From positions 168,954,745 to 169,018,744 of the forward strand of contig NC_081354.1 of the NCBI RefSeq assembly GCF_030684315.1: 64,000 nt of DNA, read 5' to 3'. Each line of letters starts with the position of its first letter. The stretch's first letter is position 1. The position numbers and the translations under genes are program-made. The DNA is from Stegostoma tigrinum (taxonomy: Eukaryota). Below the pieces are notes generated by a model. It was not told the DNA's origin and searched no databases. It saw only the letters and a program-made list of their open reading frames with translations. This document shows, piece after piece, positions 11,724-26,639 of the stretch.

Positions 11724-14700
11724 CTTGTCTGCCTCTATCTTGTCTAACCCTTTCATAATTTTATATGTTTCTATAAGATCTCCTCTCATTCTTCTAAATT
11801 TTAGTGAATACAGTTCCAGGTGGCTCAACCTCTCTTCATCAGGTAACCGCCTCTTCTCTGGAATCAGTCTGGGGAACCTCCTCTGCCCTGTCTCCAAAGC
11901 CAGTATATCTTTCCTCGAGTACGTAGACCGGAACTGTGCACAATATGGTGTGACCTCACCAGCACCTTGTACAATTGCAGCAGAGCCTTCCAGCTCTTAA
12001 ATTCAATCCCTCTAGCAATGAAAGCCAACATTCTGCATGCCATCCTGATTACCTGTTGCACCTGTAAAACAACTTTGAGCAATTCATGTACAAGTACTCC
12101 TAGTTTTTCTACATAACTGCATGCTGCAATCTTTCACTGTTTAAATAATAATCTGATCCACAATTTTTACTTCCAAAGTGGATGATTTCACATTTACCAA
12201 CATTATATTCCATCTGCCAGACCCTCATCCAATCACTTAACCTGTCTAAATCTCTCTGCACTGTTTGTATTTCCACTCAATTCAGTGTCATCAGCAAACT
12301 TAGATACGTTACACTCTGTCTCCTCTCCCAAATCATTTATATATATCATGAACAGTTGCAGGCCCAACACCGACCCTACGGCACTCCACTCACCACTGAT
12401 GATGTCCAACCAGAGAAATGCCCAATTACCCCAACTTTCTGCCTTCTATTGGTTAATCAGTCCTCTGTGCATGCTAATACATTCCCTGCAACTCCATGCA
12501 TTCTTATCTTATGGATTAGTCTTTTATGTCGTACCTTATCAAATGCCTTCTGGAAATCCAAGTACATCCATCTGTTCCTCTGTATCCACCTTGATTATTA
12601 TAGACTCAAAGAGCTCCAGTAAGTTTGTCCAACATGACCTTCCCTTCCTGAATCCACGCTGTGCCTGCCTGATTGAACCCTTTGCACCCAGATGTCTCGC
12701 CATTTCTTCCTTAATGATAGCCTCAAGCATTTTGCCAACTACAGATGTTAAGCTAACTGGCCTGTAGTTACCTGCCTTTTGCCTACATCCTTTTTAAAAC
12801 AGCAGTGTGACATTCACTGTCTTCCAGACTTTGGGACCTGCCCAGAGTCCAGCAAATTTTGGTTAATGACCACTAATGCATCTGCTATAACTTCTGCCCT
12901 TTGTTTTAGCACACTGGCATTGCATTCCATCAGGACGAGGGGACTTACCTACCTTTATACTCTCTAGTTTGCTCAGCTCTACCTTTTTAGTGATAACAAT
13001 TGAATTTAGGTCCTCATCTTCCAGTGTGAAGGCTGACACAAAACAATCATTCAAGACCTTGGCCATTTCAGCACCATCCAATATTAATTCCAACCAGTCA
13101 ACCACCAAGGGACATATGTCCATCTGAGCCACCCTTTTCCGTTTTATATAATTATATAAATGTTTCCTATCTATTTTTATATTCTGTGCTTGTTTGCATT
13201 CACAATCTATCTTTCCTTTCTTTATTGTTGCCTCATGGTTCTTTGTTGCTTTTTAAAGCTATCCCAGTCTTTGTTTCCCACTACTCTTGGTGGCTTCATA
13301 AGCCTGAGTTTTTAATTGGATACCTTCCTTTATTTCCTTAGTTACCCAAGGTTGGCTCTTCCTACTCTTGCCATCCTTGTTTTTGACTGGAATATATATT
13401 TTTTGAGTACTGGGAGAAATATCTTTAAAAATCTTCCACTGTTCCACCATACAACTTGTGTTCCCAGTCCAGCTTAGCTAACTCCTTCCTCATCCCATTG
13501 TAGTCTCCCTTGTTTAAGCATAAAGTCCTGGTTTTAAATGATACTATTTCACCCTCCATTTGTATCCAAAATTTGATCATACTGTGATCACTCTTTTCAA
13601 GAGGATCCCTAACTACAAGATCATTACTTTTACCTGTCTCATTACACAGGACCAGATCTAAGGTTGTATGTTCGCTTGTAGGTTCGGTAATATGCTGTTC
13701 AAGAAAGTTATCACAGCTGACTTTTATGAACTCCTCTTCAAGACTGCCTCTATTAACTTGATGCACCCAATCAATGTGCAAGTTAAAGTCCCCCATGAGT
13801 TCTGCTGTTCCATTCTTACTATGTCAGATATTTCCTGATTTATGACTGGGTGGCCTATGTAGCATTATGACTGGGTGGCCTATAGGCCACTCCCACCAGT
13901 GACTGCCTCCCTTTACTATTCATAATCTCCACACAGGTGGATTCAATATTTTGCTCCTTAGATCCTATAACATCTCTCACTATTGCCCTGACCACATCCT
14001 TGATTAGGAGCATGACCCCATCTCCCTTACCTTTCTGTCTATCTTCCCAAATTACCTGAAACCCTTGGATATGTGGTTCCCAGTCACTGCCACCCTGCAA
14101 CTACATTTCTGCAATGGCAACCAAATTATACCCCTTCATATGGATTTGCATAGCAAGTGCAAATCGAACCTTGTTTCGAATAGATTCATAGGCATTCAGA
14201 TAAAGTGTCCTTATACTCTTTGTCCCTTTAGAATCCAATAATCTTCTTGTCTTTTGCATTTGATTCTGTCCTCCAATTTTACATTTTCTTTTCCAATTTT
14301 TGCTCTGGTCACTGTATTGCTTCCTTCTGCCTTTCTGCATGGACTCCCATCCTTGTGCCATTTTAGTCTGCTCTTCCTCACAGTCTCCCTGCACATTGCT
14401 TCTACCTTTACACCAACCACCCAATCTTCTGACCTAACGTTCTGGTTTCCATCCTTGTGCCAACCTAGTTTAAAGCTCCCCAACAGCTCTAGAAAGCTTA
14501 TCTGCAAGGATATTGGTCCCTCTCGAGTTCAGGTGTAAACTGTCTCTTTTGTACAGGTCATATCTTCCCCAGAAGGGATCCCAATTGTCTAAAAAGCTGA
14601 AAACCCTGCCCCCTGCACCAATTCTTCATCCACACATTCATCTGCCATATCTTCCTATTATTGCCCTCACTAGCGTGTGGCACAGGTAGCAATTCAAAGA

Positions 14701-14903
14701 TTACTACCCATGAGGTCCTGTTTTTTAGCTTCCTTCTTAGCTCACTATATTCACTTTTCAGGACCTCATCCCTTTTCCTGGCTACATCATTGGTACCAAT
14801 GTGTACCGTAACTTCTGGCTGCTCCCCCTCCACTGTAAGAATGCTGTAGACTCGATCTGAGACATCCATTACCCTGGTGCCCGGGAAGCAACATACCATC
14901 TGG

Positions 14904-15957
14904 GAGATAATAAAATGTGAGGCTGGATGAACACAGCAGGCCAAGCAGCATCTCAGGAGCACAAAAGCTGACGTTTCGGGCCTAGACCCTTCATCAGAGA
15001 GGGGGATGGGGAGAGGGAGCTGGAATAAATAGGGAGGGGGGGGGGGGCGGACCGAAGATGGAGACAGGTTGGACTGGTTTTGGGATGCAGTGGGTGGGGG
15101 GGGAAGAGCTGGGCTGGTTGTGTGGTGCAGTGGGGGGAGGGGACGAACTGGGCTGGTTTTGGGATGCAGTAGGGGAAGGGGAGATTTTGAAACTGGTGAA
15201 GTCCACATTGATACCATATGGCTGCAGGGTTCCCAGGCGGAATATGAGTTGCTGTTCCTGCAACCTTCGGGTGGCATCATTGTGGCAGTGCAGGAGGCCC
15301 ATGATGGACATGTCATCTAGAGAATGGGAGGGGGAGTGGAAATGGTTTGCGACTGGGAGGTGCAGTTGTTTGTTGCGAACTGAGCGGAGGTGTTCTGCAA
15401 AGCGGTCTCCAAGCCTCCGCTTGGTTTCCTCAATGTAGAGGAAGCCGCACCGGGTACAATGGATGCAGTATACCACATTGGCAGATGTGCAGGTGAACCT
15501 CTGCTTAATGTGGAATGTCATCTTGGGGCCTGCGATAGGGGTGAGGGAGGAGGTATGGGGACAAGTGTAGCATTTCCTGCGGTTGCAGGGGAAGGTGCCG
15601 GGTGTGGTGGGGTTGGAGGGCTGTGTGGAGCGAACAAGGGAGTCACGGAGAGAGTGGTGTCTCCGGAAAGCAGACAGGGGAGGGGATGGAAAAATGTCTT
15701 GGGTGGTGGGGTCGGATTGTAAATGGCGGAAGTGTCGGAGGATGATGCGTTGTATCCGGAGGTTGGTAGGGTGGTGTGTGAGAACGAGGGGGATCCTCTT
15801 AGGGCGGTTGTGGCGGGGGCGGGGTGTGAGGGGTGTGTTGCAGGAAATACGGGAGACGCGGTCAAGGGCGTTCTCGATCACTGTGGGGGGAAAGTTGCGG
15901 TCCTTAAAGAACTTGGACATCTGGGATGTGCGGGAGTGGAATGTCTTATCGTGGGAG
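14904..15957 (-). mobile_element. Penelope-like element fragment (Cys-rich linker plus GIY-YIG), inserted in CR1 ORF1
   Basis: ORF 14994-15995 contains VVYCIHCTRCGFLYIEETKRRLGDRFAEH..EQQLIFRLGTLQPYGINVD. The CR1 sequence resumes on both sides. Confidence 0.9.
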
Positions 15958-16614
15958 TTTTGTCCACAGAATCTCCTGTCAGTTCCCCTAACCAATGAAT
16001 TCCCCCCTCACTATCTGTCTCCTCTTCTCCCCCTTCCCTTCTGAACCGCAGAGCCAGACTCAGTGCCAGAGACCTGGCCACTGTGGCTTTCCCCAGTAGG
16101 TCCCCCACACCCTCCCGTCCCTGTCCCCCCAACAGTTTCCAAAGTGGTATTCTTATTATCGAGGGCAACAGCCACAGAAGATCCCTGCACTGACTGCCTA
16201 TTCCCTTTTTCTCTCCTGATGGTTACACAGCTATCTTCTATTTATGTCTATAATATCTACATCTACTTTACATTTAATTTTATATGGTAATAATATTTAA
16301 TACAAATTTATGACACTTTCTCCAGACAGGAAAAAGGTATCCTTAAGAAAAAATTCATTTGTTATCAAAATTCTTTATTACAATTCCCATTTTACAATGA
16401 CAGTAATAATGCATGTACATTAACTGTACAATGATTTTAATGTTCATATTTCACACATGTCCATTTTGATCATGGCATTCATTTTCATTATTATTTGTTT
16501 TTGAAAGAGTGTTCATTATACCTTTTCCTTTGATGAAGATGATTTTAAATGTTATGGTTGAAGCATTAAACTCTCATGGAACAGTTTGAGATTTTTGAAA
16601 TTGAATCTCTTAAT

Positions 16615-17325
16615 GAAGTGTAGATGAGCAGAGAGATCTCAGTGTCCATGTACACAGATCCTTGAAAGTTGCCACCCAGGTTGACAGGGCTGTTAAGAAG
16701 GCATACAGTGTTTTAGCTTTTATTAATAGAGGGATCGAGTTCCGGGACCAAGAGGTTATGGTGAAGTTGTACAAAACTCTGGTGCGGCCGCTACTTGGAG
16801 TATTGTGTACAGTTCTGGTCACCGCATTATAAGAAGGATGTGGAAGCTTTGGAAAGGGTGCAGAGGAGATTTATTAGGATGTTGCCTGGTATGGAGGGAA
16901 GGTCTTACGAGGAAAGGCTGAGGGACTTGAGGCTGTTTTCATTAGCGAAAAGAAGGTTGAGAGGTGACTTAATTGAAACATATAAAATAATCAGAGGGTT
17001 AGATAGGGTGGATAGGGAGAGCCTTTTTCCTAGGATGGTGACAGCGAGTACGAGGGGGCATAGCTTTAAATTGAGGGGTGAAAGATATAGGACAGATGTC
17101 AGAGGTAGTTTCTTTACTCAGAGAGTAGTAAGGGAATGGAATGCTTTGCCTGCAACGGTAGTAAATTCGCCAACTTTAGGTACATTTAAGTCGTCATTGG
17201 ATAAGCATATGGACGTACATGGAACAGTGTAGGTTAGATGGGCTTCATATCAGTATGACAAGTTGGCACAACATCGAGGGCCGAAGGGCCTGTACTGTGC
17301 TGCAATGTTCTATGCTCTATGTTCT
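16615..17325 (+). mobile_element. Young CR1 3' fragment
   Basis: ORF 16795-17232; nearly identical to 32147-32848 (-). Confidence 0.92.
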
Positions 17326-17945
17326 ATGTATCTAGGTTCCTCTGCAAAGTTTCACAGTCCTCTGCAAACTTTGCTCTGCCACTCAGCTTAGTGTCATCTG
17401 CAAACTTTGACACCCCACACGTGGCCCCCAACTTGAAATCATCTATATAAGTTGTAAATAATTGCGGTCCCAACACTGATCCCTGAGGCACACCACTAGA
17501 CACTGATTGCCAGCCTGAATCCACACGCTTTGCTTCCTGTTAGTCAACCAATCCTCTATCAATGCTAATACTTTACCCCTAACGCCATGCATCCTTATCT
17601 TATGCAGCAGCTTCTTGTGTGGCACCTTGTCAAAGGCCTTTTGGAAATCTAGGTACACCACATCCACTGGGTCCCCATTGTCCACTTTGCTCGTAATGTC
17701 TTCATAGAATTCCAAGAGATTTGTCAAGCATGACCTGCCCTTCATGAACCCATGCTGTGTCTGCCCAACGGGACAATTTCTATCGAGATGCTTTGCTATT
17801 TCTTCCCTGGTAACAGGCTCAAGCATCTTCCCCACTGCAGAAGTTAAGCTGACCGGTCTATAATTCCCCATCTTTTGTCTACCTCCTTTTTTAAACAGTG
17901 CCGTCACATTTGCTGCTTTCCAATCAGCTGGGACTGCCCCAGAGT
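17326..17945 (-). mobile_element. CR1 RT fragment
   Basis: NYRPVSLTS, QHGF, YLDFQKAFDKVPH, SGVPQGSVLGP and FADDTK motifs. Confidence 0.92.
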
Positions 17946-18089
17946 TTTCAGGTTTAAATGGGAAGATGGTTCCAAGGAAGGGTCATCGGACCTGAAATGT
18001 TAACTCTGTTTTTGCCTTCACAGATGCTGCCAGACCTGCTGAGCTTTTCCAGCAACTTTGTTTTTGTTCCATGTTTCTAAATTCTCTTT

Positions 18090-19087
18090 CCGTGGAAGGC
18101 AACTAGAAAGTCATGAAGGAGGGGCTGACCAGCATTGACTGGGAGAGGAGCCTCATTCGATTGACAGTGGAACAGCAATGGCAGGCATTTTTGGGAGTAA
18201 TTTGGGAGACACAGCAAAAATTCATCAGGAAAAAGAAGCATGGTACAGGGAGGTTGAGGCAACCATGGCTGACTAGGGAAGTTAGGGACAAGATAAAAGC
18301 AAAAGAAAAAGCACAGAATGTGAGTATGGGGCCATCACCAAAGAGAAGGCTCTAGAAAAACTGCAAGGTCTGTATGTGAATAAATCACCAGGACTAGATG
18401 GGCTACATTTTTTTTTCTTCTTTATGTATTAATGGGAGGAGTGTGTCACTGGCCAGGCAGCATTTATTGTCCATCCCTAATTACCCAGAGGGCATTTCAG
18501 CGTCAACCACATTGCTGTGGGTCTGGCGTCACATGTAGGTCAGACCAGGTAACAATGGCCATTTCCTTCCCTAAAGGACATTAGTGAGCCAGACGGGTTT
18601 TTCCTCACAATCGGCAATGGATTTATGGTCATCATTAAATTCTTAATTCCAGATTTTTAAAAATTGAACTCAAATGCCACAGCAAGATTCGAATGCAGGT
18701 CCCCAGAAATGTTATCCAGGTCTCTGGATTAGCAGTCCAGTGATAATGCCTCGAGGACATTGCCTCCCTGTACCTGCCAGAGTTCTAAAGGACATAGTTG
18801 GAGAGATTTTGGAGGCATTAGTGGTGATCACTCAGGAATCACTGAAATTAGGGAGGGTATCAGATGAATGGAAAATCGCCAATGTACCCCCCCCCCCCCC
18901 CCCCGCCATTTAAGAAAGAAGTAGGGCAAAAGACAGGAAATTACAGGCCAGTTAACCCGACCTCAGGAATTGGTAAGGTTTTGGAGTCCATTGTGAAGGA
19001 TGAGATTCCTAATTACTTGGATGTGCATGGTAAAATAGGGCAGAGTCGGCATGGTTTCATCAAGGGGAGGCCATGCCTGACAAATCT
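18090..19087 (+). mobile_element. CR1 ORF2 fragments with nested SINE
   Basis: PWLTREV and WKIANV..FKK..NYRPV..HGF.KGR.CLTNL motifs. Confidence 0.8.
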
Positions 19088-20329
19088 GACCACATAGTTT
19101 CAGTCTCACCTGCAGACTAGAGTCTATCCCATGTTTCCTGGTGAGGTGTTTATTTGTGGTCGATCCTGGGCATTGGTGATGGAGGTCTGTTGCAACAAAA
19201 GGGTGATTGTGTGCAATCTTTGGGGTCCTTAGCGCTTATTGTGTCCCTGGGTGCTCTGGGGGCTCTCAGAGTCGGTTCTGCTGGTTGGTACACATTTTCA
19301 AACTTGTGTATCTTCTGCCCAACACTATGATAGGACTGAGCTTGCTTTTGGTTCTACATATTGCTTTTAGCTCATAAGAACACTGAGATGGAAAAGCATT
19401 TGGTTTAGTTTGAAGGAAACCTAACTGAAATTAGATATAAGCACAATTTCTCCTAGAAAACAGATTTTGTTCAGAGTTGTTAAGGGAATAAGCTACCTCA
19501 ACGCAAGGGTCCCACTTTAGTCAGTCAAAGGAACAGGTTTTACAGTTCACAGAATCAGAACTGAGAGGAAATTAAGCCTAGCATGCAGATTTGATAAGGA
19601 AGGAAGGTTCTATGGAATGTTGAATAATTGTAAAGTGATGTTGTCGAGGAATAAGTGAGAATTTGTTTTTCTAGCTGTTTACATTCTTTTAAATTGTGTT
19701 ATATGCAAGTAACTTGGTTTGTTTCATTTTATTTTCCTTTCCTTTGCATAATAAACCAAATCTGTAGCCTTATAAATTGATGTTTTAGTGGGTGATCACC
19801 ATGTTAATTTTAAAAAAATCTTTCAAGCCAGATGTCATTCCCAGTCCAAATTGTCCAGTTCTAACATTAACTGGGGTCATAATATGTTTGAAAGATTGGA
19901 AACAAGAAAGGATTGTTACAAGACAGCAGGATGTGTCCTTCCTCCTCACTAGATGTCATAGTCCTCACATGCAACCTGCCCATATTTCCAAATTGCTCTT
20001 CAGGCATGAACCCTGACCCTCCTCCTCTGGTTGCTTACTCCCTGGTATTCCGAACTGGAAATTCACAAAGAAATCCAATACAGAACCCAACCATACCCTG
20101 CTGAAAGCTTACAGTGCCTCTGCGTTAGAGCAGTGAGAAGGATATACTGACAATACACATGACTGTATGGAATGCTCTCACTAATGTGTGAAAGATGGCA
20201 GAGGCTGTGTTGGTAATGGTGAACAGAGTAACAGTGTAATACACTATAAATTCTCTAGTCCAGAATATTTGAGACCAAGACATTGGATTTCAGAATTATC
20301 TGACTGTCATTAGAATGACATTAGATTGC

Positions 20330-23300
20330 CAAATGGAATAAATGTTAATGTAAGGAGCCTGACAAATGAGATAGGTGAGCTAAGGACAGGTGTGTGATAT
20401 CATAACTTTAAATTAGAGTGCTAGAGCACCTCTAACAATATTCAAGGAGCTTGATACCATCCAGGGCAAAGCAGCCTGTTTGATTAGCACAATATTCAAA
20501 AGTATCTACTCCCCCCACCATCAAATGCTTGGTAGCAGCAGAGTGTACTTTCTACAAGATGCCCTGCAGAAATTCACCAAGGCACCTCTGACAGCACCTT
20601 CCAAACCCATGACTGCTTTCATGTAGGGCAAGTGCAGCAGCTATTCATGAGCACCACAACCTGCAAGTTCTCCTCCAAGCCGCTCACTAACCTAGCTTGG
20701 AAAATATCTCTGTTCCTTCTGAGTCCCTGGGTCTTAATCCTGGAATTCTCTCCCTAATGGTATGTGGGATTACTTTCAGCAATGAACTGCAGCAGTTCAA
20801 GAAGACAGCTGGCCACCATCTTCTTAAGGGCAATGAGGGATAGACAATAAATATTGGCCTGGTCAGTGATGTCCACATTCTATGAATGAGGGCAAACATG
20901 TTGTTGGGTGTGTTCTGTAGACCTTCAAACAGTCAGGGAGAGATAGACGGTCAAATATCTAATCAAATTTCAGAGAAGTGTAAGGCTCCAATAGTGGAAA
21001 TTTTAACAATTGAACCAATTGTGTTGGTTCCAGGGTGCAAGGTAGGAGTGGGCAACACATTTCTAAGATTGCCCCAAGGATAATGTTTTAAACCGGTACG
21101 TAGAAAGCTCAGCAAGGCAGGGAAATATCGAAGGTGTATCAGCAGAGCAACATTTTAGCATTAGTAACCATTACTCAGTTAGATTTGGGATAGTTATGAA
21201 AAAGGATAAAGATGTGTCAGGAATAAAGTGCAAACCTGGGCTAAGTCTAATATTATTATGATTAGGTCTGATTCGGCCCAATGGACTGGGAGCAGCTAGT
21301 TGGAAGTAAAAGAGTGTCAGAGCAGTGGGAGGCATTCAAGGAAGAACTAGACCATAGGGCATATGTGTTCCCATAAAGACACAGTTGGGACCAAGACTGG
21401 ACAACCCAGAATATAAGGGACATTAATGTTACATTAAGGTAAATAGAGAAGCAATTCACACATACCAAGGGTTCATTCTCTCAGCATCCCTAGAGGAGCA
21501 CAAAGGTGCAAGGGGGACATTATACAGGAAATTAGGAAGGCAAAGAAAGTGCATGAGTTTATGTGGTCCAGTTAGTTTCACATCAATGGTAACCCCAAGG
21601 TTCTTGACAGTGGAAGATTCAGTCAAGGCAACACATTGGGTGTCAAAGGGCAGTGGCTAGATTGTCTCTTATTGGTGATGGTCGTTGCCTGGCATTTGTT
21701 ATGTGAATGTTACTTGCCACTTGTCAGCGCAAGCCTGGATATTGTCCAGATCTTGCTGCATTTAAACACGGACTGCTTCTGAGAAATCACGAACGGTGCT
21801 GAACATTGTGCAATCATTGGCAAACATCCCCACTTTCTGGCCTTATGATGAAGGGAAGGTCATTGATGAAGTAGCTGAAGATGGTTGGGCCTAGGACACT
21901 GAGGAACTCCTGCAGAGATGTTTTGGAGCTGAGATGATTGACCTCTCACAACCACAACCATCTTCCTATGTGTCAGGATTGACTCCAGCCAGAGGACCTT
22001 GATTCCAGTTTTGTTAGGGCTCCCTGATACTACATTCAATGGAATGAAATCTCAATGTCAAGGGATGTCACTCTCACCTCACCTCTGAAATTCAGCTCTT
22101 TTGTCCATATTTAGACTAAGGTTGTAATGAGGTCAGGAGCTGAGTGGCTCTGGCAGAACCCAAACTGGGCATCACTGAGCAGGTTATTGCTGAGCAGGTG
22201 CTGCTTGATATTGCTGTTGATGACATCTTCCATCACTTTACTGATGATTGAGAGGAGACTGATGGGGCGGTAATTGGCCAGGTTGGATTCGTCCAGATTT
22301 TGTATACAGGACATAGAGTAAAGGAAATCTAAAAGTCCTTTTTTCATTTGTAAAGAGCAAGAAAATAAGTAAGTAAAGGTTATGGTGCATTAGAGGCCAT
22401 TGAATTAATTGCTTGTGGACCTGGAAGAGAATGATACAGTCCTCAATGAATATTTTGTGTCAGTATTCACAATGGAAAAGGATGATGCAAGTGTCAGGGT
22501 GAAGGACAGTGGAATATTAAAATAAATGAATAGGGGGCAGACAGAAGAGGTATTAACAAGCTTAGCAGCCTTAAAAGTGGATACATTTGCAGCCTGGATG
22601 AGATATATCCCAGGGTTTTAATGGAAACAAGGGAGGAGACATCAGGGGTCCTGTCAGTAATTTCAAATCCTCTCTGGCCAGAGGTGAGGTGCCAGAGGAC
22701 TGGTGGACAAAGGATACCAACAAAGGGAGAAAGGGATAGTCCAGGAAATTTTAGGCCAGCCAGTCTGACCTTGGTGGTATTAAAAATATTATAAAGAATT
22801 TAGAGGGACAGAATGTATGTACACTTGTAGAAACACTGATTAACTTGCACAGATTTGTTCAGGGAAAGTTGTGCTTTACAAATGTGATTGAATTGCTTGA
22901 GGAGGTTGCCAGGACCATTGATGACGGTAATGCATTTGATGGGATCTACATAATTCAACATTTTGTTAAAGTCCTTCTGGGCAATTACAGATGGGCAATC
23001 TTGTTGGCCTAGCCAGTGATGCCCACATCCTGTGAATGAATATGAAAAAAGTGTGTTTGTGGACTTCAAAAATGTATGTGAATGTATGGGAATAGGAGAA
23101 TAGTTTGCTGAGGCCACGTTTAAGAATAAATAATCTCATTCAAATGTTATATTAGAAAAATCTGTCTGATGTTTTTCTTTAGAATTACAATATGTAAACA
23201 GTTAATTAACATCAAATTGGTAAAGATATCCTTATCCAAAAAAATGACTGTAGCAGTCAAACAAGGAAACGGAAAGAGGGAACTCCTTTACCCACTATCT

Positions 23301-24610
23301 TCCCTGTTTGTAACATCATCCAAACAGTGCGTGCCCCTTGTATTGTTTCTCAGTACAATGTACTAAAACAAGCTGAGTTGCTTGGATTTGCTCAACACAT
23401 TTCCAGGCATCTGGTGTTTCTGTACTTTAGATTTCTGGATTGGAGAGGTTATTGGGAGACAAAAGTGATTCGAGTGAAGTTTGCTGGAGCGATTGAAAAT
23501 TGAGCGGGGGGGGAGGGTGCTGGATACTGAAGCAATAGGTTGTTAAGTAGAGCAACAAGTTTGGAAAGTTTACCTGAGTTATCTTGGTTATTAAACTTCT
23601 CACTAACTTGAAGTCATAACCTGGATGGTGGGAAGATTCTGACAGTGTCTAGCTCTCCTAGCTGAGACCCCTCTTACCAAGCTGCTTGCCTTGACCAGTT
23701 CCTGCCACCTGGTGGATAGCTGTATCTTCGCTTGCTGACTTTCTCCATCAATTTCAACACAGATAAATGGGAGGTTGTACATTTCAGTAGGAAGAATAGG
23801 GATGTCACTTCATGCTCAGGGAGGTGGAGTAGAGGAAATAAAGATCTCCAAATACGAATGTGCAAACTAAAATCAGTGCTATTGATTAGCAAGGCCATTT
23901 AAAAAATATACCGAGTTCTTTATTTTCAGGGAGATAGAATTGTAAAGAGCGAATGTTGCACTCGACCTGTTCTGATGCTTGTTTAAATCATACTTGACAG
24001 TACCCTGTGCAGTCTGGGTAGCCATATTATATATAAAAGGAGGCAGTAGAGAGCAGATTCACAAGGATGATACCAGAACCTATGGTCAGAGGAAGGGTCA
24101 CCAGACCCGAAATATTAACTCTGATTCTTTTCTTCACAAATGTTGCCAGACCTGCTGAGTCTTTCCATCAATTTCTGTTTTTGTACCAGGTTTACATATC
24201 AGGATAAAATTGAAGGGCTGTGCCTCTTCTCTCCAGAAGCATGAAGGCTGAGTGGTCCAACGAAATAGATACCTTTAAAACTACAAAAAGTTTGAAAAAA
24301 GACAGTCTGTTTTCTTTAATAGAGAACAGCATAAGTAACTGGAAGTAAGCAACATTACTTAGTCACCAACAAATGCTGTCAGGAATTCAGTTTATGAATG
24401 TGGTAGTTGCTGGCACAAGGAGTGGTTAAAACAAATGGCATTGATCCATTTAAGGGGCAAATGGCATGTATTTGAGTGTGATGCACTTGATACCAACATT
24501 GGCAAACTTAGATAGGAGGAGGAAAAGATAGGAGGGGGCTTAAGTGAAGCATAAACAGCAGGATGGACAGGTTGATGTGAGTGGCCTGCTTCTGTGTTAT
24601 ATATTCTATT
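20330..24610 (+). mobile_element. Patchwork of old CR1 fragments with nested other LINE pieces (20420-20885 +, 21560-22310 -)
   Basis: Degenerate CR1 ORF2 motifs; NYRPISLLSIISKVME..QFGF on the minus strand at 22111-22347. Confidence 0.7.
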
Positions 24611-25029
24611 TAATATCTCAGAAATTGGAGGTTTCTACAGTGTCTGCCATTGTTTCCAATCATCAAGTATAGTTTTATTCAGCTAAAATGCACTGCCCCT
24701 TTAAGAATTGCAGGCTGCCTTTAAATGTCAAAAGCAACAATGATTTAGTCCCTCTCCTCTGGGGAAGAAGCTGATTAACAACATAGCACCGATTTCACTT
24801 TTAATTCACCACATGGGCCAATTTGAGAGCCATCATCGTGTTCTTGTCATTGAGCAAGTATTTTAGAGGACTGTGTGCTCTGTGACAATTTCAATTTTGT
24901 AATGTTAGATTACACACAATACAGCTCCATATAGTAATGACAAGGTCAACATTTTGCCCTGTAACCGCAATAATTTGGTTATAAAACCCAGTAATTGATA
25001 TGTTATGAAATAATTTTTATTAAGATACA

Positions 25030-25560
25030 GTCATAGAGTCATATAGCACTGAACCAGAGCTTTTGGTCCAACTTGTCTGCGCAGACCAAGTTCCCTAAAC
25101 AGAAATAGTCCCATTTGACTGTGTTTGACCCATATCCCTCTTCTCCTTTCCTATCCATGTATCTGTTCAAATGTCTTTTAAATGTTGAAACTGACCTGCC
25201 TCCACTACTTCCTCTGGCAGTTCATTCCATACATGCACCACCCTCTGTATGAAAATGTTGCCCCTCTGGTCCTTTTTAAATCTTTCCCCTTTCACCTTAA
25301 ACATATGCCCTCTAGTTTTGGACTCCCGTACCCTCTGGATAAAATCTTGAAAATATCAATGCCCCTCATGATTTTATAAACCTCTATAAGGTCACCTCTC
25401 AGTCTCCAACAGTCCAGGGGAAATAGTCCCAGTCTATTCAGTCTCTCCTTATAACTCAAACCTTTCAGTCACAAAAACATTCTTATGTAAACTCTTCCCA
25501 GTTTAATAACATCGTTCCTGTAGTAGGGAGACCAGAATTGTAGGCAGTACTTCAAATGTT
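25030..25560 (-). mobile_element. CR1 3' fragment
   Basis: Reverse complement of the CR1 ORF2 end and 3' UTR. Confidence 0.8.
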
Positions 25561-25889
25561 GCTTCTTTTCAATTACTGTAATTTTAAAACACTGTATTAC
25601 TGTTTATTGCAAAAGTAAGTATTTTACACTTTCTATATGGTATAAACAGCAAATGGAATAAGCAAAGCAAATACTATTAAACAGTAAACACAGGGGGAAC
25701 ACATCTAGGAGATAATATTTTACATCCATCGTTGTAACATTAATCTGAAGAGAAGTGTGATAATATCACAGGCAGGAAAAGTCCCCCTGGCCCACACACC
25801 ACTATGATGACTAGCTAAAAATCTCTTTGTACCCCACTCCCAAGGCCATGAAATCTCTGAGGAGACAATGGCTCATGAATCATCATCAT

Positions 25890-26190
25890 AGAATCCCTAT
25901 CGTGTTGAAACAGTCCCTTTGGCCCAACGAGTCCACACTGAACCTCAGAGAATCCCACCCAAACCCATCCCCCTAAAACCCACCTAATCTACACCTCCCT
26001 GAACACTATGGGCAATTTAGCACCACCAATCCACCTACCCTGCACATCTTTGGACTGTGGGAGGTAACCAGAGCGTCTGGAGGAAACCCACACAGACACG
26101 GGGAGAATGTGCAAACTATACACAGACTGGAATCAAACCTGGGTCCCTGGTGTTGTGAGGCAACAGTACTAACCACTGTGCCACCACGCC
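25890..26190 (-). mobile_element. HE1-like SINE
   Basis: Same head, core and tail as the 2243-2535 copy. Confidence 0.85.
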
Positions 26191-26639
26191 ACCTTGTGTA
26201 TGTGTATGCACAGAGATGTGCAGAGATGTGCCTCAGAGATTACATGGCCATGGAAATGAAGGGGAGGTTGAGAGTGGGGTTCACAGAATGTGTATGCTCT
26301 GAGTGCAAGTTTCATCCCAGTTTTCATAACCAAAAGAGATTTTACAGCAATGATACAGGAGGGTGAAATGCAGACAAGACTGTGTTCATCAATATAAAGT
26401 TGTGACTATGACTTTCAAAAGTTCACAATTGGTGGAAATAACATTCCAATCTTTCCTCCACTCGTTAGTCCTGATTTGATGTGTTAATTACCTAGAATAA
26501 ATGTAAAACAAAACATGGTAAAACATGGTAACATAGTAAAACCATATTTCAATGCCAACAAGCAGGTATAATATGTAACACCTTTAATATACAAAAATTT
26601 CTTAACGTGCTTCTTGAAGCATTTTAAAATAAAGTTCTG

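Larger units (their letters stand above)
9570..16230 (-). mobile_element. Near full-length degenerate CR1 LINE (ORF1 SGNH-esterase, APE, RT) interrupted by two PLEs
   Basis: ORF1 CFPG.R..D..HIGTND at 14560-14900; APE YRPP and GDFN..IDW..LDLVL..SDH at 13425-14100; RT QRGFRKGRSC.TNL at 12540-12730; 3' part at 11724-12100 and 9570-9877. Confidence 0.85.

Noticed and set aside
14558-15316. 252-aa ORF as a novel esterase fusion gene
   Set aside because: Chance read-through from an off-frame PLE fragment into CR1 ORF1 at an insertion junction.
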